The notes under the pieces were generated by a model. It was not told the origin of the DNA. It did no database searches and saw nothing but the letters and a program-made list of their open reading frames with translations. From NCBI RefSeq assembly GCF_964059055.1, contig NZ_OZ060386.1:1-32000 (forward strand): a DNA stretch of 32,000 bases, in the 5' to 3' direction. The position numbers and the translations under genes are program-made. Each line of letters starts with the position of its first letter. Position 1 is the stretch's first letter. Shown one piece after another: positions 24,196-32,000 of the stretch. The DNA comes from Buchnera aphidicola (Neophyllaphis podocarpi) (GTDB lineage Bacteria; Pseudomonadota; Gammaproteobacteria; Enterobacterales; Enterobacteriaceae).

Positions 24196-25461
24196 ATGCC
24201 AAAAAATAATAAAAAATCTTTTTTTTCTTTTTTTAATTTTAAAAAAAATGCACTTAAGTCAGATAAAAAAATTTCAAAAAAAAATATTTTAAATAGTACT
24301 AGTTCTAAAAATAATTCGAATAATAAATTAGATAAAAATATTTTATCTACCAAAAATAATTTATTAAATTCTGATAAATTAAATATTAACCCAAATATTT
24401 TAATTAATAAAGAAAACAATATTAATATTTTAACAAAAAAAAAATTAGTTAAAGATATTAAAAATAATAATATTAAAAAGAAAAAAAATGTTAATAATAC
24501 AGTATTATTTAAATTAAATAATAATTTAATTATATCAAATTTTAAAAAACCTAATAAATTTTTAACTAAATTAAAAGAGAAGTTAAATAAAACCAGGGAA
24601 CAATTTAGCAATGGATTGATTAATTTATTGTTTAAAAAAAAATTAGATGATTCATTATTTGAAAAGATTGAAGATGAACTATTACTCTTTGATGTTGGAT
24701 ATACTACTTCTAGTTTTATTATTAAAAAATTAAAAAAAAACATAAACATAAAACATTATAACAATAAAAAATATATTTATTCATTGTTAAAAAAAGAAAT
24801 GTTTGATATTTTATTTAAGTCAGAACAAAGAATTAATTTTAATAGGCATAAACCTTTTGTTATATTAGTTGTAGGCGTTAATGGTTCAGGAAAAACTACT
24901 ACAATAGCTAAGTTAACTCATAAATTTAAAAAAGAAGGTAAGTCTGTAATGTTGGCTGCCGGAGATACATTTAGACCTGCAGCAATAGAGCAATTACAGA
25001 TTTGGGCTGTTAGAAACTCAGTTCATATGGTCTCTCAAAAAATAGGATCAGATTCAGCTTCTGTTATTTTTGATGCAATATGTTCTGCTAAATCTAAAAA
25101 AATAGATGTACTTATTGCTGATACAGCTGGAAGGTTACAAACTAATTTAAATTTAATGGAAGAACTAAAAAAGATTGTACGTGTAATTAAGAAAATAGAT
25201 TTAAAAGCTCCTCATGAAATATTATTAGTTATTGACGCTTGTAATGGGCAAAACTCTATTAGTCAAATTCAACTGTTTAATAAATTTTTAAATATAACAG
25301 GATTAGCAATTACTAAATTAGATGGTACAGCAAAAGGTGGAATTTTATTTTGTGCTGCTAATAAATTTAATTTACCAATTAGATATATATCTATTGGAGA
25401 AAAAATATCTGATTTACAAGATTTTAATACTAGCAATTTTATTAATTCTTTATTCTTATAA
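24196..25461 (+). CDS. ftsY: Signal recognition particle receptor FtsY (start placed at the first ATG; the ORF-track start at 24172 is a non-ATG extension)
   Basis: N-terminus MPKNNKKSFFSFF parallels E. coli MAKEKKRGFFSWL. The NG domain has GVNGSGKTTTIAKL, AAGDTFRPAAIEQLQ.W, DTAGRLQ.N..LM.EL.K and TKLDGTAKGG. The N-terminal A-domain is Lys/Asn-rich and low-complexity. Confidence 0.93.
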   Translation: MPKNNKKSFFSFFNFKKNALKSDKKISKKNILNSTSSKNNSNNKLDKNILSTKNNLLNSDKLNINPNILINKENNINILTKKKLVKDIKNNNIKKKKNVNNTVLFKLNNNLIISNFKKPNKFLTKLKEKLNKTREQFSNGLINLLFKKKLDDSLFEKIEDELLLFDVGYTTSSFIIKKLKKNINIKHYNNKKYIYSLLKKEMFDILFKSEQRINFNRHKPFVILVVGVNGSGKTTTIAKLTHKFKKEGKSVMLAAGDTFRPAAIEQLQIWAVRNSVHMVSQKIGSDSASVIFDAICSAKSKKIDVLIADTAGRLQTNLNLMEELKKIVRVIKKIDLKAPHEILLVIDACNGQNSISQIQLFNKFLNITGLAITKLDGTAKGGILFCAANKFNLPIRYISIGEKISDLQDFNTSNFINSLFL

Positions 25462-25608
25462 ATTGTTGATTTGATTTTTTTATTTTTTTTAGATTTTTTA
25501 AAAATTTACTATAATTTTTGTGTTTAATTATAATTAAAATTAATAAATTGTATTAATTATACTATATTTTAATATTTTATTGTAATAATATTAAGTTACG
25601 AGGATTAC

Positions 25609-26469
25609 ATGATTAATAAAATGCAAATTTTGTCCGTTGTTCCATTAGGTAATCTAGATGCTTATATTAGAGCAGCAAATTCTTGGCCTATGTTATCTGC
25701 TGCAGAAGAAAAATCTCTTGCAGTAAATTTATATTACAATGGTGATTTAAATGCTGCTAAGACTTTGATTTTATCTCATCTTAGATTTGTTATTCATATT
25801 TCTCGTAATTATTCAGGGTATGGTTTATTACAAGCTGATTTAATTCAAGAAGGTAATATTGGTTTGATGAAATCTGTCAGAAGATTTAATCCTAAAATAG
25901 GTGTAAGATTAGTTTCATTTGCAGTTCATTGGATTAAATCCGAAATACATGAATATGTTTTACGTAATTGGAGAATAGTTAAAGTTGCTACTACTAAATC
26001 TCAACGTAAATTATTTTTTAATTTGCGTAAAACAAAAAAAAGATTAGGTTGGTTTAATAAAGAAGAAGTAGACGCAGTTGCTAAGGAATTGGGTGTTAGT
26101 AGTGAAGATGTACGTGAAATGGAATCTCGTATGTCAGCTCAAGATATTACTTTTAATCCTACTCCTGAAGAAGATTATTTTGATGGAAAATCTTTAAATT
26201 CTACACCTTGTTATCTACAAGATTTATATTCTAATTTTTCTCTTTTATTAGAAGAAGACAACTGGGAAACTCATGCCACAAACAAACTTAGTAATGCTAT
26301 ATCTAAATTAGATAAAAGAAGTCGTTATATTATTAGATCTCGCTGGTTAGATAAAAATAATAAGATTACATTACAAGAGATAGCAAATGATTATGGTATT
26401 TCTGCTGAGAGAGTACGTCAGCTAGAAAAAAATGCAATGAAAAAATTAAGAATGGCTATAGATGTATAA
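25609..26469 (+). CDS. rpoH: RNA polymerase heat-shock sigma factor sigma-32
   Basis: 286 aa versus 284 in E. coli. [61 protein letters not shown], the RpoH box [10 protein letters not shown], and [19 protein letters not shown]. Confidence 0.97.
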   Translation: MINKMQILSVVPLGNLDAYIRAANSWPMLSAAEEKSLAVNLYYNGDLNAAKTLILSHLRFVIHISRNYSGYGLLQADLIQEGNIGLMKSVRRFNPKIGVRLVSFAVHWIKSEIHEYVLRNWRIVKVATTKSQRKLFFNLRKTKKRLGWFNKEEVDAVAKELGVSSEDVREMESRMSAQDITFNPTPEEDYFDGKSLNSTPCYLQDLYSNFSLLLEEDNWETHATNKLSNAISKLDKRSRYIIRSRWLDKNNKITLQEIANDYGISAERVRQLEKNAMKKLRMAIDV

Positions 26470-26523
26470 ATATTATACAAAAAAATTTTTCTTATATTTT
26501 TAGTTATTAAATAAATTATTTTT

Positions 26524-28353
26524 TCATTCTACTGTAACTGATTTTGCTAAGTTTCTAGGTTTATCTATATCGTTTCCTTTAATTTCTGCTATGTAATATG
26601 CTAACAATTGCATAGGAATACTGTAAAATATAGGTGAAATCATATCTTCTACGCATGGTAATTTAATAATTCTCATATTTTTTTTAAAATGAGAATTATT
26701 ATCAGTAAAAATATAAACTGAAGCTCCTCTAGAACTTACCTCTTCAATATTTGACTTGATTTTTTCAATTAATTTATTGTTTGGTGCAATTACAATAATT
26801 GGTACATTTTTTTCTATCAATGCTATAGGTCCGTGTTTTAATTCTCCAGCAGCATATGCTTCTGCATTTATATAAGTAATTTCTTTTAATTTTAAAGCTC
26901 CTTCTATAGCTATTGGGTAATTAATTCCTCTTCCTAGTAAAATTATATATTTTTTATTATATATTTTTTTTGCTAAGTTTTTTATCTTATTTTTATATTT
27001 TAAAATTTGTTTAATTCTATTTGGTAATTTTTTTAAACAATTAATTATGTTTATTACTGTACGCATATTATTTTTTTTTATTTGTATAATACTTGCTATT
27101 ATTACTAATAATAATGCTAATTGTGTGGTAAATGCTTTTGTTGAAGCTACTCCAACTTCTATGCCCGCTTTTGTTAACATATTAAAGTTTGATTCTTTTA
27201 TTAAAGACGATCCATCTATATTACAAATTGCTAAAGATCCTATATAATTTAACTTTTTTGAAATTTTTAAAGCTTCTAATGTATCTGCAGTTTCACCTGA
27301 CTGAGATATTGCTATAAATAAACTTTTATCTCTAACTACTACTTTTCTATATCTAAATTCTGAAGCTATTTCTATATCACATGCTATATTTGCTAGGTCT
27401 TCAAACCAATATTTTGCAACCATGCTCGAATTATATGATGTTCCACAAGCTACTATTTGTACATGTTTAATTTTTTTAAATATATTTTGAGTTTTAATGT
27501 TTATTTGTGATAAATCAATTGAATTATTTTTAATTTTTTTATAAATAGTGTTTTTTATTGCTTTTGGTTGTTCATATATTTCTTTTTGCATATAATATTT
27601 GTATATTCCTTTTTTTATGTTTTCCTTTTTTAATTTTGAGTTAATTTTTTTTCTTTCAATAAGTTTTCTTTTTTTATCAAAAATTTTAACCTTTGTTTTT
27701 GTAATTTCTGCAACATCACCTTCTTCTAAATATATTAATTTTTTTGTTACTTGTAATAAAGCTAATTGATCTGATGATATAAAATTTTCTTGTATTCCTA
27801 GACCAATCCATAGAGGACTACCAGATCTAGCTGCTATTAATACAGACAAATTATTTTTATCCATTACTACTAATCCATATGTCCCTTTTATTTTTTTTAA
27901 TGTTTTTTGTACAATTTCTAATAATGTTCCTCCTTTTCTCTTCTGTTCTAAATGTATTAAATGAGCTATAACTTCAGTATCAGTTTCTGAAGAAAATTTA
28001 TATCCTTTGTTTTTTAGTTTTATTTTTAAATTTTCATAGTTCTCTATAATTCCATTGTGTACTACAATTATATTATTTGATATATGAGGATGTGCATTTT
28101 TTTCAGAAGGTTTTCCGTGTGTAGCCCATCTAGTATGAGCCATACCAATATTACCTGATATATTTTTATTTTTTATTTTTTTTATTAAATTTATAGTTTT
28201 TCCAGAAGATTTTATAATATTAAAAATTTTTAAATTTTTATTTGCTATGACTAGTCCTGATGAATCATATCCACGATATTCTAGATATCTCAATCCATCT
28301 TGTAGAATATTTAAAATATTGTGTTTTGAAACTGCACAAATAATTCCACACAT
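26524..28353 (-). CDS. glmS: Glutamine--fructose-6-phosphate aminotransferase (isomerizing)
   Basis: 609 aa, the same as E. coli. N-terminal MCGI with catalytic Cys2, HTRWATHG, NGIIEN, SIS domains (SQSGETADT), and the C-terminal DKPRNLAKSVTVE. Confidence 0.97.
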   Translation of the reverse strand: MCGIICAVSKHNILNILQDGLRYLEYRGYDSSGLVIANKNLKIFNIIKSSGKTINLIKKIKNKNISGNIGMAHTRWATHGKPSEKNAHPHISNNIIVVHNGIIENYENLKIKLKNKGYKFSSETDTEVIAHLIHLEQKRKGGTLLEIVQKTLKKIKGTYGLVVMDKNNLSVLIAARSGSPLWIGLGIQENFISSDQLALLQVTKKLIYLEEGDVAEITKTKVKIFDKKRKLIERKKINSKLKKENIKKGIYKYYMQKEIYEQPKAIKNTIYKKIKNNSIDLSQINIKTQNIFKKIKHVQIVACGTSYNSSMVAKYWFEDLANIACDIEIASEFRYRKVVVRDKSLFIAISQSGETADTLEALKISKKLNYIGSLAICNIDGSSLIKESNFNMLTKAGIEVGVASTKAFTTQLALLLVIIASIIQIKKNNMRTVINIINCLKKLPNRIKQILKYKNKIKNLAKKIYNKKYIILLGRGINYPIAIEGALKLKEITYINAEAYAAGELKHGPIALIEKNVPIIVIAPNNKLIEKIKSNIEEVSSRGASVYIFTDNNSHFKKNMRIIKLPCVEDMISPIFYSIPMQLLAYYIAEIKGNDIDKPRNLAKSVTVE

Positions 28354-28414
28354 AAATATTTTTTATCCTCTTTTTTATATTTTTTTTATTTTAATATTAA
28401 GTCTAAATTATAAA

Positions 28415-29785
28415 TTATTTGTTTTTTGTTTTTTTTGATATCTTCCAGTATTTTTTATGTTTTTGTATTTTTTTATTGTAAATTAATCCAGGTGTTTGTG
28501 TATTTTCAATAATTGTTGTTCCTGCAGCTATAGTAGTTTTATCTACTATTTTTATTGGAGCAACTATTTGAGTACTTGATCCTATAAAAACATTATTTCC
28601 TATTTTTGTTTTTGATTTATTTATTCCATCATAATTACAAGTAACAAAAAATGCTCCTATATTTACTTTGGATCCTATACTACTATTTCCTATATAACTT
28701 AAATGTTTTATTTTAGATTTGCTTTTTATTACAGAATCTTTAATTTCTACAAAATTTCCTATAGAATTTGATTCATTAATTATAGTACCAGGTCTTAAAT
28801 GCGTGAAAGGTCCAATACTGCAATTTTCATATAAAATTACATCTTCAAGAATAGAATATGGTTTAATTTCACATTTATTTTTGATGATACTATTTTTTAT
28901 TATGCATCCTGTACCAATTGTTATATTATCTCCTAATGTTACTTTTCCTTCTATAATTACATTTGAATCGATTACCAAATTCTTTCCGTATTTAATTTTA
29001 CCTCTGATATAACAGTTTTTTATATCTTTTATTATTACTCCAGATAAGATCATTTTTTTTAATTTTTCTTTTTGTTGTTTTTTTTCTAAATTATATAATT
29101 CTAATTTGTTGTTTATTCCCATAATTTCTATTTTATTTTTTGGTTGAACTGTTATAATTTTGAATTTTTCTTTATATGCTATATGTATTATATCTGTAAT
29201 TAGATATTCTTTTTTTGTGTTATTTAGGTTAATTTGTTTTATCCATTTTTTTAAATATTTTATGTCTGTTATAAATATTCCTGAATTTACTTCTTTAATT
29301 TTTAATTCTTCGATTGTAGCATTATTTTGTTCTACAATTTTTATAACATTGTTTTCTTTTCTAACTATTCTACCATATCCATATGGATTATCTAATTTAG
29401 CAGTAATCAATTTAATAGTTTTATTTGATATATTACTAATTAATTTTTTAATTGTTTTTATTGATATTAAAGGAACATCTCCATATAATATTAAAATTTT
29501 GTTTTTTTTGTTTTTGATTTTTTTTATTGATTCTTTAATAGCATTTCCTGTACCTAATGTTTCTATTTGTTTAATCCAATTTATATTTTTATCATTTATT
29601 GTTTTTTTTACTAAATTATTGCTATAAATAATAAAAATATTTTTTTTATTTATTTTTTTAGCTATATTTATAACATATTGTAAAATAAATTTACCTGATA
29701 ATTTATGCAACATTTTAGGTATGGATGATTTCATTCTTGTACTGTTTCCTGCTGCTAGTATTAAAATATTTATATTATCAATCAT
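28415..29785 (-). CDS. glmU: Bifunctional UDP-N-acetylglucosamine pyrophosphorylase / glucosamine-1-phosphate N-acetyltransferase
   Basis: 456 aa, the same as E. coli. ILAAGNSTRMKS..PK.LH.L.GK, LGTG.A, YGDVPLIS, E(Y)(L/Y)ITDII, and left-handed beta-helix hexapeptide repeats at the C-terminus (NIGA...CNYDG.NK.KT.IG..VF.GS.TQ.VAP). Confidence 0.96.
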   Translation of the reverse strand: MIDNINILILAAGNSTRMKSSIPKMLHKLSGKFILQYVINIAKKINKKNIFIIYSNNLVKKTINDKNINWIKQIETLGTGNAIKESIKKIKNKKNKILILYGDVPLISIKTIKKLISNISNKTIKLITAKLDNPYGYGRIVRKENNVIKIVEQNNATIEELKIKEVNSGIFITDIKYLKKWIKQINLNNTKKEYLITDIIHIAYKEKFKIITVQPKNKIEIMGINNKLELYNLEKKQQKEKLKKMILSGVIIKDIKNCYIRGKIKYGKNLVIDSNVIIEGKVTLGDNITIGTGCIIKNSIIKNKCEIKPYSILEDVILYENCSIGPFTHLRPGTIINESNSIGNFVEIKDSVIKSKSKIKHLSYIGNSSIGSKVNIGAFFVTCNYDGINKSKTKIGNNVFIGSSTQIVAPIKIVDKTTIAAGTTIIENTQTPGLIYNKKIQKHKKYWKISKKTKNK

Positions 29786-29963
29786 TTTATTTTCCTATCT
29801 TTGTTTTTTTAATTTAAAAAATATTTAAATTTTATAAGATTAAATTTTTATATATTTAAATTTATTTATTGTTTTTATATTTAATAAATAATATATAATA
29901 ATTAAAAAAAATATTGTAATATTTATATAGTTATTAAAATTAATTATGAGGTGTTATCATATC

Positions 29964-30761
29964 ATGTATAAAATTGTTGCATCTGATCTTGATGGTACAT
30001 TATTAACTCCTGAACATACTTTAAGTTCTTATACTATAAAAACTTTACGTTTACTTATTTCTAAAGGTATCTATTTTATTTTTGCTACAGGTCGTCATTA
30101 TAAAGATGTATCTTTTATTAAAAAAAAAATAGATATTTCAGCATTCTTAATAACTTCTAACGGAGCTAGAGTACATAATGATTTTAATGAATTGATAATG
30201 GAATATAATTTAGATAATCAAATTTCCTTAGATTTATGTAAAATTAAATATTACGATCCTGATATTATTACTCAAGTATATAAAGATGATGGTTGGTATA
30301 TAAATAGACCATGTTTACAGGAAGATATATTTTATAAAGAATCTAATTTTTATTATAAATTATTTGAACTTGATTGTTTTGTTGCTACTAATATTAGTAA
30401 AGTTTTTTTTACTTGTCATGATTTAAATAAGTTAATTAATTTAAAAAAAGAAATTTCTCTTATTTGGGGTAATAAAATAAATGTTGCTTTTTCGTGTCCT
30501 TCATGTTTAGAAGTTATTTCTGGTAATGTATCTAAAGGTATAGCTTTGCAATTTGTTGCTGAATACTTAGGATTAACCTTAGAATCTTGCATTGCATTTG
30601 GAGATGGCATGAATGATAAGGAAATGCTTGTTATGGCTGGAAAAGGTTGTATAATGTTAAATGCAGATCCAAGATTAAAATATGATTTACCTAATATAGA
30701 GATTATAGATAGTAATATAAATGAAGGTGTTTCTAAATATATAAACAAATTATATTTTTAA
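29964..30761 (+). CDS. yigL: HAD-superfamily Cof-type sugar/pyridoxal phosphate phosphatase, YigL-like (start at ATG 29964, preceded by GAGGTG; the track start at 29946 is probably an extension)
   Basis: MYKIVASDLDGTLLTPEHTLS.YT..TL.LL...GI.FIFATGRH..DV, ITSNGARVH, and CIAFGDGMNDKEML.MAGKGCIM are colinear with E. coli YigL (MYQVVASDLDGTLLSPDHTLSPY...). The symbol comes from recalled similarity, not a search. Confidence 0.85.
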   Translation: MYKIVASDLDGTLLTPEHTLSSYTIKTLRLLISKGIYFIFATGRHYKDVSFIKKKIDISAFLITSNGARVHNDFNELIMEYNLDNQISLDLCKIKYYDPDIITQVYKDDGWYINRPCLQEDIFYKESNFYYKLFELDCFVATNISKVFFTCHDLNKLINLKKEISLIWGNKINVAFSCPSCLEVISGNVSKGIALQFVAEYLGLTLESCIAFGDGMNDKEMLVMAGKGCIMLNADPRLKYDLPNIEIIDSNINEGVSKYINKLYF

Positions 30762-31645
30762 TTTATGTTATCGGTATATATTTTAGTAAATTTTATAAAA
30801 TCTTGAACAATTGGATTCAGTTTTTGGTTTTTAAGCACAGCAGCATATAGTGTTTTTCTTATACCATTTTTTCCTATTTTTTTAGTAACTATTAATCCTT
30901 GTTTTTCAAAATTTTTTACAGTCCAATATGGTAAAGCTGTTATTCCCATGTTTGCTGATACCATTTGTATTAATAATAAAGTATTATCTACTGTTTTGAA
31001 TATTGGAAAAATATTTGATGGTTTTAGAAATACACGCCAAATATCTAATCTATTTTTTGGAATTGGATATATCATAAATGTTTCTAAAGCTATATCATTA
31101 GGTAAAATATCTTTTTTTGCTTTAGCTAGATAATGAATAGGTGAAAAAATTAATTTTACTTCAAAATCAAATATAGGTATATATTTTAATTCATTTTTAT
31201 TTAATATTTCAGATGTAAAAATAATATCTAATTTTGCCTTTTTTAGTTGAGGCTGGGGATTAAAAGTCATATTTGATTTAAAATCAATTGCTATTTTTGG
31301 CCATTGTATTTTGAATTTTTTTAAAACTTTTACTAACCATTGAATACAGCTATGACATTCAATAGAAATTCTAATAGTCTTTTTTTCTTTATTCATACAT
31401 TCTTGTAGAGCTTTATTAATTTTTGGTAATACTATTTCAGCTAAATTTAATAAAATTTTTCCTTGATAAGTAAATTTAATAGGTGATGTTTTTCTTTGAA
31501 ATAAATTAAATCCTAATTTTTTTTCTAATATATTAAATTGATGAGATATTGCTGATTGTGTTTGATTTAATATTTTAGCTGCTTCTGAAATTGAACCACT
31601 TTTTTTAACAGCCTGAAGTGTTTTTAAATTTTTAATTTTTATCAT
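30758..31645 (-). CDS. metR: LysR-family transcriptional activator MetR
   Basis: 295 aa. MI.IK.LKTLQA....GS...AA..L.QTQSA.SHQF..LE..LGF.LF.RK..P..FT.QG, IECHSCIQWL and VDNTLLLIQMV.A.MGI.ALP.W.V..FE.QGL.VTK are colinear with E. coli MetR. It is divergent from metE as in E. coli. Its C-terminus is shorter than the 317-aa E. coli protein. Confidence 0.93.
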   Translation of the reverse strand: MIKIKNLKTLQAVKKSGSISEAAKILNQTQSAISHQFNILEKKLGFNLFQRKTSPIKFTYQGKILLNLAEIVLPKINKALQECMNKEKKTIRISIECHSCIQWLVKVLKKFKIQWPKIAIDFKSNMTFNPQPQLKKAKLDIIFTSEILNKNELKYIPIFDFEVKLIFSPIHYLAKAKKDILPNDIALETFMIYPIPKNRLDIWRVFLKPSNIFPIFKTVDNTLLLIQMVSANMGITALPYWTVKNFEKQGLIVTKKIGKNGIRKTLYAAVLKNQKLNPIVQDFIKFTKIYTDNIN

Positions 31646-31801
31646 GATATTTTTTTATATTTATAATGAATAATTATCGCTTGTAATTTTTATTATTTAC
31701 TGGAATTATATATTAAGTTTTAATGTAATATATAACATAATAAATAAAATTATTCTTTTTATTATGAGATGTTTTTATTTTTTAATTAAGAGGTTTATTA
31801 T

Positions 31802-32000
31802 ATGTCTATTGTGAATCATATCTTGGGATTTCCTAGAATTGGTATAAATAGAGAATTAAAAAAAGCTCAAGAAAATTATTGGTTAGGTAATATTACGAAA
31901 TCTAAGTTATTATCTATTGGTAAAAAGATAAGAGCAAAAAATTGGAAAATACAGAAAGACCAAGGAATTAATTTATTGCCAGTAGGTGATTTTGCTTGGT
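31802..32000 (+). CDS. metE: Cobalamin-independent methionine synthase MetE, 5' partial (continues beyond the window)
   Basis: Translates [66 protein letters not shown]. The E. coli protein begins [30 protein letters not shown]...[20 protein letters not shown] lies 8 nt upstream. Confidence 0.92.
   Translation, partial: MSIVNHILGFPRIGINRELKKAQENYWLGNITKSKLLSIGKKIRAKNWKIQKDQGINLLPVGDFAW

Noticed and set aside
24165-24749. 194-aa minus-strand ORF antisense to the 5' part of ftsY
   Set aside because: It is a mirror image of the Lys/Asn-rich (AAA/AAT) low-complexity FtsY A-domain, so the antisense frame is Phe/Leu/Ile/Asn-rich and free of stops by composition alone. It has no recognisable motif, no SD, and fully overlaps a well-supported gene.
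27047-29627. Plus-strand ORFs of 66, 63, 97 and 155 aa antisense to glmS and glmU
   Set aside because: All are embedded antisense in conserved genes, with hydrophobic low-complexity translations and no independent support.
29786-29945. Repeated ATATTTAAATTT strings in the glmU-yigL divergent spacer
   Set aside because: They are short A/T-only repeats in a pure A/T spacer and cannot be distinguished from chance by eye.
30416-31133. 110-aa minus-strand ORF inside yigL and 61-aa plus-strand ORF inside metR
   Set aside because: They are shadow ORFs antisense to well-supported CDSs.

Overview
The window is very AT-rich and gene-dense, with nearly every ORF a recognisable Enterobacterales housekeeping gene. 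It looks like the replication-origin region of a reduced insect endosymbiont. The gene order matches what I recall for the start of Buchnera aphidicola genomes (organism call is recall and inference, no search run): mnmG(gidA), atpBEFHAGDC, gyrB, dnaN, dnaA, rpmH, rnpA, yidD, yidC, mnmE(trmE), tRNA-Phe, groES, groEL, epmB, efp, dnaC, dnaT, rsmD, ftsY, rpoH, glmS, glmU, yigL, metR, metE. Two consensus DnaA boxes lie upstream of mnmG at the left edge, consistent with a putative oriC. I found no mobile elements, CRISPR arrays, defence or toxin islands, or orphan operons, and I do not see a novel multi-gene system here. Points worth a second look: (1) rsmD is split by a frameshift inside an 11-nt poly(A) tract, so it is a sequencing error, a young pseudogene, or a gene rescued by transcriptional slippage; (2) a perfect 15-bp stem-loop sits inside the atp operon between atpE and atpF; (3) a GC-containing 12-mer, TTAGCATAAAAT, occurs in mirrored orientation in the divergent dnaA-rpmH spacer, with a third near-copy; (4) a near-consensus sigma-32 promoter precedes groES, and rpoH is in the same window; (5) the tRNA-Phe has no encoded 3' CCA; (6) relative to E. 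coli there is an apparent block inversion and clean deletions of rsmG/atpI, recF and ftsEX. All antisense ORFs in the track look like low-complexity artefacts of AT bias.
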